Origin: Takakia lepidozioides
Lineage: Eukaryota > Plantae > Bryophyta
NCBI GenBank assembly: GCA_030704615.1
Contig: CM060732.1
Coordinates: 37,944,001 to 38,008,000, forward strand
Reading direction: 5' to 3'
Length of the DNA stretch: 64,000 bases
Positions 50,860-60,495 of the stretch are shown here, one piece after another (position 1 is the stretch's first letter; each line of letters starts with the position of its first letter). The notes under the pieces were generated by a model. It did no database searches. It was not told the DNA's origin and worked only from the letters and a program-made list of their open reading frames with translations. Both the position numbers and the translations under genes were made by a program.

Positions 50860-52558
50860 GGTCTAGTGCCAAGAGTGGGATAGATCCTTGAGCGCATCCA
50901 TGATGTCCTCCCCCATGTCACAGACTGAAAACAGGTTCAGGGAAGTTTTCTTCCTAACTTCATTTTCATCGGACAATTTTCTGGTAACAGACATGGCTTT
51001 GGACACTACACTCTCTAAGTCATGTTTATCCAGCAGGGTCAAGACTTGCGGGTCCAGATTCAGATCTTTGAGAATCTCTTCTACTCTCTTCTCCCAGGGC
51101 TTACCCTGTTTGACAGGGCGGTCTCGTTTCCAAGATATAGAGTCAATTAACTTAGGATATCTGGTGTTGGACATATGTTGCAGCTGAACCCACCATCTGA
51201 CCTTGAATTTATCTCGTCGGGAGCTTAAAAGAGAGCAGCACAGAAGAGAGAGAAGATACTTTTTGTCATGTCAAGACAAAGACAGGACCCCTAGGGTCGT
51301 TATCATGAAAGAATAATCAGACATATTAGCCACTTCACAGTGGTACCATCCATCAATCATCAAGCTTAGAAAATCCAGAATTACATCCATGCACAGTAAT
51401 GTGTTCATGTCAGTATTATTCATAACCCAAAGAGTATGCCACTGATGCTGATTGACCACCAGTCATGATCATGATATACATTCAGAGGTCTGGGTGGGAT
51501 GGCGGGTACTTGGCCATATTTTGGCCTTGATGTGGTGCAGGTCAAATGGTCATACAGATTTACTGTCTGCAAGCTGTAATCCAAGCATACTTACTCAAAC
51601 CCCATGGGTGTCATGGAGGGTTTTTTTTTAAAAAGAACAAAAAGAACACTTGGATATCACAGATTTAAATACAGTGCTGACAGTATCATATACTGTCACA
51701 TGATGTGTATGCAGTCCTTATCTTTATCTTGCTGGGTCATGAACCTTGATTTTCAGCTGTAGCAAGAAATAAAGGTATAGGGGTATTCTGGAAAACTTAC
51801 CATACATATCCACCTGCCCTGTGGGGGCAAACTGTGCTGCAGACCAGTCTAAACAAATACTGGCAGGGCAAGCCCTATTCATATCATTCCACATTTGACC
51901 ATGTCATTACACCATGTCCAGGGGGTATTTCCACTTGACTATCCTGGCTGCCTCAAAAACCAATTACCAGTTATATATTGCTGCCATATTTCATTGTCAG
52001 CCGAATATCCACAGGTAGAATCTTCACCATACCCTGGCCTAAGCATCTAGCTAACAAAGCCATCCGGGTTGGAACATAACAGGGGCCAACATGGGTACCC
52101 GAATAGCTGCAACAAACAGTTCTTTGCAGCCTCTCACTTAGTTTCCAACTACCATAAGGTAAGCAAAGCAAACTAGGGCCTGGAAAACAGATGTGTGTCT
52201 CTCACACAAGCCATCATAAAACTAGGCTGTCACAACAAAGCAGAGGTCTTCCACTGGCTGGGCCGAAAATAGCCCATCGTAGAAAGCATTACACTTGTTC
52301 TTCAAAAATAAAAGAAGGAAAGAGGTAGGATCAAGAAAAACCATAGAGTAGTTTAGTTTTTCAACATTTTAAGATGAGTCCCTGGCAAGCGATTCCTTCC
52401 CCTGTTCTGCAATCCCATTTGACATCCAGCAGCACCTAGACATCAGAATATTAAGTGGAAGCCCTCACCTGTGCCCGTCCCAAAACCAACCACAACGCAT
52501 TGTGAATTAGTGAGGATACATGAGGTGAGTAACAGGCTTCCACACTTGCTATCGAGGT
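50860..52558 (-). mobile_element. Possible highly degraded LINE remnant
   Basis: Minus-strand frameshifted KY-LGLQ motif (~51590) and a downstream RYPK...W...V region like LINE ORF2 C-termini. Weak support. Confidence 0.3.
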
Positions 52559-53010
52559 TGTCAAGTTAAATAAGCACAGTGTGAAAACAACTAGAATAAA
52601 ACTAGTTATTTGTATTTAACACTTGGATTTAGGTCAAGTGTTAAATCAGGTGTCAAGTTTAGTTTTGACACCTGGTCTGTCTTATCTTCACGAGAGCGGC
52701 AGTCGCGCAGCTCATCTTTCTCGAGTTGAGCCTGCGCGACCGAGCTCCTGCATGTGTTTAGGTTTTAGTGTGCTTATGTAGGGATACAGGTTGTTGTGGG
52801 GTGGAGTCCCCATAGCTTGGGGTGCCCCTGGCTCGACTTCAGTTTCAATGAGTGATAGCGATGGATTTCATATTTCTTGTGTTGGAAGTGTATGTCCTTT
52901 TTAGCTTTGTTTATCACTCGAGAGAGATCAGCTTGCATTGTCAGTGCTAGATGTGAGTTTTTAGTTAGCACTAGTATACTTGTTTTTGTTTCAAAGCTTG
53001 TTTGAGAGCT
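52559..53010 (+). repeat. Conserved hairpin-rich terminal/leader region (LTR or part of it)
   Basis: Shared with 13393, 16902 and 63977; stems at 52614-52646, 52647-52674 and 52702-52740. Confidence 0.85.
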
Positions 53011-53974
53011 GGTGAAGTGGAGAATTATGTAATCCATATATATATCTGTCGAGAACAGAATGCTTTGCTTTGTACAAGGTTGTTGGAAGGGGCTGAACTG
53101 AGAAGCCCATATTGTTGAAAGAAGGTATTGCTTCCCGTAATATAGGTTAACCGGTGCATTGCCGGACACTGAAGGTCGAGCAGGTTCAATCTTCACCATG
53201 GGGGCCGGTCCAAGTACTAGTGGCATCTGAAATCACCGAGTCGAGCACAAGTAGAAGCATGTATTGGGGCTAGTGAGGCCACGAGAATGTAGAGCAGGCG
53301 GTGACAGTGTGCGGAACTGCTACCTGGGCATCGTGTTGGATTGCACGTCATCAGCCAATGCGTGCAGATGTCGATTGTACTTATTGGTGATGTAATGCGT
53401 CAACTCTTGAGCAATATCATTTCACTGGGACGTCTCTATCACTGCGATTTTCTTGTGGAAACAGGGTAGAGCTTTGTATTATTCTGATTTTCACTGCATC
53501 GGGTGTATCATTCGGGGAAGCTGGAAGATTCCCGCCCTTCTTCATGCCTGCTAGGCTCAGGGTGGAAGGTTCAAACTACTGCGGGCTACTGATCTGGATA
53601 GGTATACAGAGGGGCAGCGATGTAGCTCAAAGGAAAGAGGAAGCGTCGCTGGCAGTTTCATAAGAGATCGGTGACCTGCATTTTATTTCAGGGCAGACAT
53701 GACTTATCCATTGGAGCTTGGTAACCTATGCAACTGCCAGAGCAGGAAGCGGTGCCGGCTTTGTCTTGATGAATCCGTGACTCGAGAATCGCTGGAAGAT
53801 AAGCTTACAGGGAGGTAATGCTGAGGCTGTGGGCAAGGAGATGGCGAACGCTGTGAATAGTATGTGACTGGATCAACTCGGTTGGTATCTTAGTAAATTG
53901 ATTAGCAGCAAGGTGTAAAGATAAGGGATAGTCAGTAGAGTGGATGGGCAGACTGTGCTGCTCCAGGGTAGCAA

Positions 53975-54100
53975 GCGGTGCTGCACTGCTTTGATACTCT
54001 GCATAAAAAAAAGGGTCTTGAATGCAAAGGTACCCAACCAAGGAAGCCAGCCAGTTGGGTTAACAATTACTCCCAAATGTACCGTGCGAGAATACAATTT
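53975..54100 (-). pseudogene. Captured pectin methylesterase C-terminal fragment
   Basis: [29 protein letters not shown], then YAEYQ after a frameshift in an A-run. Confidence 0.75.
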
Positions 54101-54167
54101 CCAGGGTCGCTCCAGATACGTTGGGAACTGGTCTGAATTCTTTGTGAGTTGGGTTGTTCCACCGAAG

Positions 54168-54395
54168 GCGGAGTTGATCGGATATTCGGCAGGTGAGACT
54201 AGTCTGTTCCTGGTTTACGAGTTGGTTGAGAAGGGAGCTCTCACCGATCGTCTTCATAACGCTGCTGCAAATGGGCATCGGCCATTACCGTGGTCAGGCA
54301 GAGTGCAGATAGCCTTGGATGTAGCGAGGGGGCTGGAGTACATCCACGATTACACCAAGGCCCACTATGTCCACCGTGATGTCAATTCTGCTCGA
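54168..54395 (+). pseudogene. Captured LysM receptor kinase (LYK-type) kinase-domain fragment
   Basis: [29 protein letters not shown]...[33 protein letters not shown]. Confidence 0.85.
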
Positions 54396-55024
54396 TGGCC
54401 TCTTCCGTGCTAAGGTGTTCATCTGACACAATGTGAGAGGGAGGGGGCAGGGTGGGGGGCTAGCTAAGAAGACATGATCAGTACAAACGACCGAAGCAGT
54501 TGCTTGAAGGGGCTCCATTGATTGAACAAATCACGCAGTTAAGACAGGATCTTGGGCATTAGGCCATCGCTGTTTGGAGTGGTATTCGTGACGCTTGGCA
54601 CCAGACTGCGAAGTTTTCTTTCCTACACCGACCAGTAGCAAATCCCCGACTCCCAGTTTTAAAGCTCCTGCATATGTAGAGATCCGTCCTCGGAATTACG
54701 GGTATTCGCATGAAACATGTAGGGTACGCCAAAAATACTTGTATTTATTGAAATACATTTGGAGCTTTGCTTTGATCCAATTTAAATTATACAGAGCCTG
54801 TTTTTGCCATAACTTGGTCATACAAAGGCTGTTTGACCTCAAATTTGCACAGGGACCTACAGAAAGGGGAAATCTACCTATCTAAACCTGGTTTCTGTTT
54901 TGGGGACTCTGCTAAAAATCTATGGAATTTTTAGAGTGTGAGTGTGCCACGAAATATCCACAATCCTGTTTCTAGAACCTGTGCTGGCCTATATGAGAGA
55001 CAAACCTGTGGATGTACTCCCTGT

Positions 55025-55774
55025 ATGGCTGGGGGAAATGAGGATGTAATTGAAGGGCAGGTCTCTTCTCTTAGCCTGTGCACACAAGGGGACAGGATCT
55101 ATGTTTCCCAAGGAACTCAGACTGATTTGAGTGGAGAACAGTTGGACGAGTTGATTGCATACTGGGAGTCAGGCATTAGCAGTAGACAACAGACTGCTGT
55201 AGTTGGCATTGAGGGCCTCAATATCGCCTTGGACAGTCAGAACTCTGTTGGAGCCAGCAGTTCTGCAGCTGTAGGTGAAATACCAAAGTGGGTGAAAGCT
55301 AGGCTTGGAACACAGCCAAAGACAGCACCGGGGACCAAGGTGTTCAGCCACAAGGCCGTGGTGTACTGGAGCAGAGGAGCAGGAGCTGCACAAGTTTGTG
55401 CAATTAGACAGTGTTGCAGTCGGACACGCGCTGCACAAGGCAACCACGAGCGGGGGTTCATTAGCGAGGACAAGTTTGTTCTGTTTGAAGGCGATGCAGT
55501 CATTCGCAATGAAGACACCCGCAACCGTCTCAAAGCTTTCGAGTTGAGAGACTATCAGACCCTACCTTTGTTTTCTTTAGTGTTCAGTGAGCGGGAGATA
55601 GCAGAGTGTTGCTTTGTCTCTACCTGGCAGAAAGAGGAGGAGGGTTGGTTAGAGCGAGCTACTGTAGCTTGGGACAAGGTTAGTGGCAGGTTTCTGGACA
55701 TAGATATACCTCCTACACCTTACCATCAAGCAGAGCGAGGTACTTTGAGAGAAGTCTGGAAGTTGATAGCATAG
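55025..55774 (+). CDS. ORF-X, element-borne 249-aa protein of unknown function upstream of gag
   Basis: Open ATG-TAG frame conserved in three copies; no family recognised. Confidence 0.7.
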   Translation: MAGGNEDVIEGQVSSLSLCTQGDRIYVSQGTQTDLSGEQLDELIAYWESGISSRQQTAVVGIEGLNIALDSQNSVGASSSAAVGEIPKWVKARLGTQPKTAPGTKVFSHKAVVYWSRGAGAAQVCAIRQCCSRTRAAQGNHERGFISEDKFVLFEGDAVIRNEDTRNRLKAFELRDYQTLPLFSLVFSEREIAECCFVSTWQKEEEGWLERATVAWDKVSGRFLDIDIPPTPYHQAERGTLREVWKLIA

Positions 55775-56293
55775 ATCAGGATTAGATCTTGCTTGGGCGG
55801 GCTTCTATTCTTCCCCTCCATCTATGTACTATTTTCATTACCTTGTACTTGTAGTTGCCAAAGCCTCTCTTGGTGGAGGCCAGTCAGTCCGGGGTTTTGG
55901 GCTGGGATATTCTGCAGGATCAACATTGCAGCTGGATTTTGGTGTGGGGGTGTTGATGTTTTGATTTCTTGTGTTTGGATCCCCCCCAACACCTGCATGC
56001 TTGATTGTGCGCCATGTTGGTTTTGTGTGGGCGCTTGCTTTCATAGGGATTAGGCCGGATTTGATCACCGGTCAATCCTAGAGTATGCTGTCGGTGGTGA
56101 GGCTGGAGTGATGACCAGCAAGACCACCAGTGTTTCTTCTATGGTGAGGCTGGGTTGATGACCAGCCAACCATAGGAGTTCTTGCGGTGGATGCAGGTGC
56201 AGGTGCCCTGAGCCACTGGGATATGACCCTTAGACTGCAACAGGTGCCCACCCGTGTCACTATTAGATTAGTACTAGAGCCTTATAGTGTCAC

Positions 56294-58219
56294 GTGGAGG
56301 AGGTGCACATTGTGAGTGTCATTACGGAGTTACCCAAGGGTTTTGAGGGGAGTACGGCTACAGGCAGTAACAGTGAGAGTGGGTTCACAAGACGAGGTAT
56401 TCGGTTCAGACCACCTTCACCGCCACCCTCAATTACTGTAGAGTCAGACACAGGCTCGGAGGCTTCATCAACAGGTGTGCACTTTCATTCGCCATTGTTG
56501 TGGGACGACATGGAGGAGATGTATGGAGCTACCAAGGGGCCTCGTAGGTACTCTGGAGCTGTGGGCACAATCGAGTTGGATGACTTTATCCAGGAGTTCG
56601 ACAGCTGGTGTGATTTGCAGCAGATGCGCAATCCACATCTATTCACCCCATTCATGGCGTGGAAGGGACTGTTCCAACATTTGGAAGGCCCGCCTATGGA
56701 CGATTACCACGAGTTCAGGCGAGGACATGAAGCAGAGATTGAGGAGTGGAGGATGTATTGGTCACCTGACTACATCTCCATTACTCGAGGCATGACGCGA
56801 CCAGTAGCTGCATCAGTACCAATAGCTCCCACTGCCAGCACTAGTAGTGGAGCAGGTAGTGCTGGTACTTCTGCAGGTGGTACCAGTTCAGAAGGTGCTA
56901 CTACTCCTCCTGCCACAGCTACAACACATGTGCCTAGATTCAACCCGGTGGTGGAGTTCTTCCAGGAGTTGCGGAGGAACTACCAAGGTGTACGGACAGA
57001 GAAGCTGCGAAGTTTGCAAGACTTCCAGCGCAAACCCAGTGAGAGCCTGCGAGAGGCGTACACTCGTATGAGGCGCTTGATAAGTGTGACCCAAGGGGTT
57101 ACTGAAGCTCAGGCAATCCAGTTTTGGTATGGAATTCTGGACAAGGAGCTCAAGAGAAGGGTGCGAGATGCAACCCTGTTACAAGCAGCCCAACCCACAT
57201 TAGCAGATGTGTTTCTGCTGGCTGAGCGGATTGAGCTCAACATGGTGGAGGAACGAGTTGTTACAATTGGATTTGGCAAGGACATGCCTGTACGGGGCAC
57301 AGCTGTCAGCCCACAAGCACAAGGGACTGCCCAACAGCGTGGTCAGGGCGGCAAGGTTGCCCAGCCCAAGTTCCATGGAGCTTACAGGGGGCCTCAGGTG
57401 CAAAGGCCCGTGGCATCTTTTGCAGGCCAACAGCAACCAGGGGTGATATGTTGGACATGTGGAGGACCCCATGTCAAGAGAGATTGCCCAGAGAGTGGCA
57501 GAAGGCCGGCACAAGCACCGCCTGCACAGTTGCAGTGTGGGCATTGTGGCAAGTATGGGCATGGAGATGCCCAATGTTATGACTTGCATCCTGAGTTGCG
57601 CCCAGGCCAGTTCCAAGGGAACAATGGTGGCCGGGGGCGAGGTGGACCAGCCCAAAGAGGACGAGGTGGTCGGGCACGAGGTGCAGGCCAAGGGCAAGCT
57701 CCACATGGCCAAGGACGCGGAGGTCAGGGTGTTGACCAAGGCATGGCCAATCGGCTTCAGCAGCTAGAGCAGAGGCTCGCTGCCATGGCTATAGCTCAGG
57801 CGGTACCGGCTCCCAGGCGGGATGGTCCACCTCCTGCTCCTGAGGGAGGAGATATGGGAGGCATGGGATTCATGTGCGGAGCAGCACTACCACTAGAGCA
57901 AGTGGAGTCTGCTGCAGCCGTGACTCGAGGAGCAGCACGAGTTCCTGAGCCACGAGGTGCAGAGGTGGAGTTGGATCCACAACGTGGGGAGGCAAGCCGT
58001 CAGGCGAGGCTGCCTCAGTCATTCACCTTGGCGGAGACAGTGTCAACGCCATCCATGGCACCTAGTTCTCGCCCGACTGTTACCGAGGCGGAGGTTACTA
58101 TGCCATTGGGAAGAGCTACCCGTGCAGCACTGACACCTACTACCAAGCTAGTGCAGCCGGTGTGTTATTGGGAGCAGCCACCTCTGTGTGTCAAGCCCCA
58201 TTGTTCTCGGCAACCATGA
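56294..58219 (+). CDS. gag: Gag (capsid-like region, two CCHC knuckles, RG-rich tract); first in-frame ATG at 56510
   Basis: QRKPSESLREAYTRM (MHR-like), CWTCGGPHVKRDC, CGHCGKYGHGDAQC, GGRGRGG. Confidence 0.9.
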   Translation: MEEVHIVSVITELPKGFEGSTATGSNSESGFTRRGIRFRPPSPPPSITVESDTGSEASSTGVHFHSPLLWDDMEEMYGATKGPRRYSGAVGTIELDDFIQEFDSWCDLQQMRNPHLFTPFMAWKGLFQHLEGPPMDDYHEFRRGHEAEIEEWRMYWSPDYISITRGMTRPVAASVPIAPTASTSSGAGSAGTSAGGTSSEGATTPPATATTHVPRFNPVVEFFQELRRNYQGVRTEKLRSLQDFQRKPSESLREAYTRMRRLISVTQGVTEAQAIQFWYGILDKELKRRVRDATLLQAAQPTLADVFLLAERIELNMVEERVVTIGFGKDMPVRGTAVSPQAQGTAQQRGQGGKVAQPKFHGAYRGPQVQRPVASFAGQQQPGVICWTCGGPHVKRDCPESGRRPAQAPPAQLQCGHCGKYGHGDAQCYDLHPELRPGQFQGNNGGRGRGGPAQRGRGGRARGAGQGQAPHGQGRGGQGVDQGMANRLQQLEQRLAAMAIAQAVPAPRRDGPPPAPEGGDMGGMGFMCGAALPLEQVESAAAVTRGAARVPEPRGAEVELDPQRGEASRQARLPQSFTLAETVSTPSMAPSSRPTVTEAEVTMPLGRATRAALTPTTKLVQPVCYWEQPPLCVKPHCSRQP

Positions 58220-60495
58220 TTGCGACGCCGGGAGTGAGACCAGCTGCAGTGTTCAGACTAGCAGCAACACTCTGCGAGAGTGGAGAGGTCACTTCATCTT
58301 CTGCGGAGTTAGTGGAAGGTGTAGTGGCAGAGGGATCCTCGGATTTGAGGGTCAAGACTGCCACGGCAGCGCCCTGGCAAGCTGCAGCTGCCAGATTGAC
58401 GGAGCTGCCAGCTAGGCCAGCCATTGAGCGCGCCATGGTGACACCTGGAGTTGTCTTGTTAGACAACCAGGGAGGCATTTTCACTTTGAGTGGACCGGCA
58501 GGCAAGAAGTACCGGCCACTGCGGGTCTTGTTGGACTCAGGAGCTCAGCCACTGATGTTGGGCAGAGCTGCTATTGCAGGTTTGGGCCTCATGGAGGCGG
58601 ATATGGAGCCTTGTCCTTTCCAGATACAGACATCTCTGGGAGGATCAGAGCAGGCTCGCGGCATGACACGGCATCAGTTGGCTATTAGACTGCAGCCGGA
58701 TCATCCTGTAGATGGCTCAGTGATGCGAGCCAAGGCCATTGTGACAGACGCGGTCTCTTACGATGTCCTCGTTGGTGGGGCAGTGTTATACCCCATGGGC
58801 TTCACCCTGGATTTCTGGGAGGAGTCAGCATCCTACAGGCCTGGATGGCAGTCAGGGGATGGTCGCCGTGCACAGCTCCCTGTGACATTCATTGGGGGTA
58901 TTGCAGCTGCTCAGCGGGGCAAGATGCCAACACTAGCCGCCTTCACAGCTGCAGTTAGTTGGCCTGGAGAGTTGCTGGAAGGCAATGCCCATGCAGAGGA
59001 TGTGCCACCTCCAGCAGAGCAGGATGACATGCATGGTACGGCGGAATTGCCTGCCATGGTTGCTCACACTCCGTTGTGGGGTACGAACAAGGATTTGCAG
59101 CAAGCTGCTGATGGACGGGTGCAACAAGCTTGGGTAGAAGCTTTTGTACCGTCAGGAGAGGAGGAGAGTGCGGTGATTGCACCAGGGCCACCTCAGTTGT
59201 CGCCATTGGACACCACACCTCTTGTGTGGCAGCGGCCGGATGAAGGCATTTGCCTTCTGGACTTGTTTGGCGGGATCAGCACCGGATTGGCTGCTGTGCT
59301 ACAGGCAGGTGTGCGGGTAAGGCGTTACCTGTATGTGGAGAGGGATGAGACTGCACGACGCGTCTCACTGCGCCATGTGGCTCAGATGGTGCAGCAGCAC
59401 CCTGAGTTGTTGCAGGTGTCTGCAGTTCGTGGATATCAGCAGGCCTTGCCAGCAGACATTTCGTTGCTGGGGGCGCAGGATTTGGAGCGGGTTGGCTCCA
59501 TTGATCTGGTAGTGGCAGGTTGGCCCTGCCAAGGGCATTCATCAGCCGGGCATGGCAATGGATTGCGAGACTCGAGGACGGGTCTGTTTTGGGAGATGGT
59601 GCGGATTTTGCGCCACTTGCAGCTTCATCAGGCTGTATCTCCGGCATACATCTTGGAGAATGTGCCACTGATGGGTGATTCTCGGGCCAGGGTGATGGCC
59701 AGTGTGCATCAAGTCCGGTCGTGGCTTGGGTCAGCAGTATTGCTGGATGCAGCTGCAGTGGGGTCACGGGCTCATCGTCCACGACTATGGTGGACTAACT
59801 TGATGCCACCCGCACTGCTCAAGCGTGCATTTGATGGGGTGCAGCGGCCAGCACACCTCACCGTGGATGGCATTTTGGACACAGGAAGGCAGTCTCAACG
59901 TGTGAGACACGATGACCGTTCGCCTTTGGCAGTGGTCAACAGAGTGGGTCAACCACGAGCAGCATTACCTACACTGCTCAGCTTCCCAGGATCCCATGCT
60001 TTTCGGGATGGTGGACCTGGCCTCCTGTGGGATGCTCAGTTGCAGCAGTTAGTGGAGCCTAATGCCGACGAGCGAGAGCGGGCTATGGGGTTTTCCACTG
60101 GGACCACGGCGGTGCCTTCCCTTTCTGACGCATCACGTCGTCAGGTGTTGGGGCAAGCAATGGATCTCAATTGCTTGACCTGGATTGTCAGCTTGGCTAT
60201 GGCTGAGCAACGTAGAGTGCGGAGTGCACTTCCCTTGATGGTCTCTCTGCCTACCGAGACGGTACAGGCAGCGAGTGGGGGCGAGCCGGTGAGGACCACG
60301 AGGTGTAGACATCCATGGCACATGTGGGAGGTGCTCGAGGTTCAGAGGGAGTTGGCAGCGAAGGCAGCTGTGATGGATGAGGTTGGGGATTCTTCTCGGG
60401 ATGAGGAGGTTCTCAATGATGAGATGATGGGGCAGGATGAGGCCTTGTCATTGACTGAGCAGGAAGGGGGTACTGCTCAAGAGGTTGCAGCATAG
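58162..60495 (+). CDS. Aspartic protease plus DNMT3-like C5 cytosine methyltransferase
   Basis: LLDSGA (DSG at 58534). MTase motifs: I LDLFGGISTG, II YVERD, IV VAGWPCQ (PC at 59524), VI ILENV (59656), VIII AHRPRLWWTN, IX ERERAMGF, X RRQVLGQA. Confidence 0.95.
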   Translation: MLLGAATSVCQAPLFSATMIATPGVRPAAVFRLAATLCESGEVTSSSAELVEGVVAEGSSDLRVKTATAAPWQAAAARLTELPARPAIERAMVTPGVVLLDNQGGIFTLSGPAGKKYRPLRVLLDSGAQPLMLGRAAIAGLGLMEADMEPCPFQIQTSLGGSEQARGMTRHQLAIRLQPDHPVDGSVMRAKAIVTDAVSYDVLVGGAVLYPMGFTLDFWEESASYRPGWQSGDGRRAQLPVTFIGGIAAAQRGKMPTLAAFTAAVSWPGELLEGNAHAEDVPPPAEQDDMHGTAELPAMVAHTPLWGTNKDLQQAADGRVQQAWVEAFVPSGEEESAVIAPGPPQLSPLDTTPLVWQRPDEGICLLDLFGGISTGLAAVLQAGVRVRRYLYVERDETARRVSLRHVAQMVQQHPELLQVSAVRGYQQALPADISLLGAQDLERVGSIDLVVAGWPCQGHSSAGHGNGLRDSRTGLFWEMVRILRHLQLHQAVSPAYILENVPLMGDSRARVMASVHQVRSWLGSAVLLDAAAVGSRAHRPRLWWTNLMPPALLKRAFDGVQRPAHLTVDGILDTGRQSQRVRHDDRSPLAVVNRVGQPRAALPTLLSFPGSHAFRDGGPGLLWDAQLQQLVEPNADERERAMGFSTGTTAVPSLSDASRRQVLGQAMDLNCLTWIVSLAMAEQRRVRSALPLMVSLPTETVQAASGGEPVRTTRCRHPWHMWEVLEVQRELAAKAAVMDEVGDSSRDEEVLNDEMMGQDEALSLTEQEGGTAQEVAA

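Noticed and set aside
56271-56283. tagtactagagcc as a tRNA-Met PBS before gag
   Set aside because: Three mismatches including the TGG, and no adjacent CA terminus.
59248-60200. Bacterial restriction-modification methylase or contamination
   Set aside because: Motifs are DNMT3-like, the domain is fused in frame to retroviral protease, and the family is interspersed with plant gene fragments.
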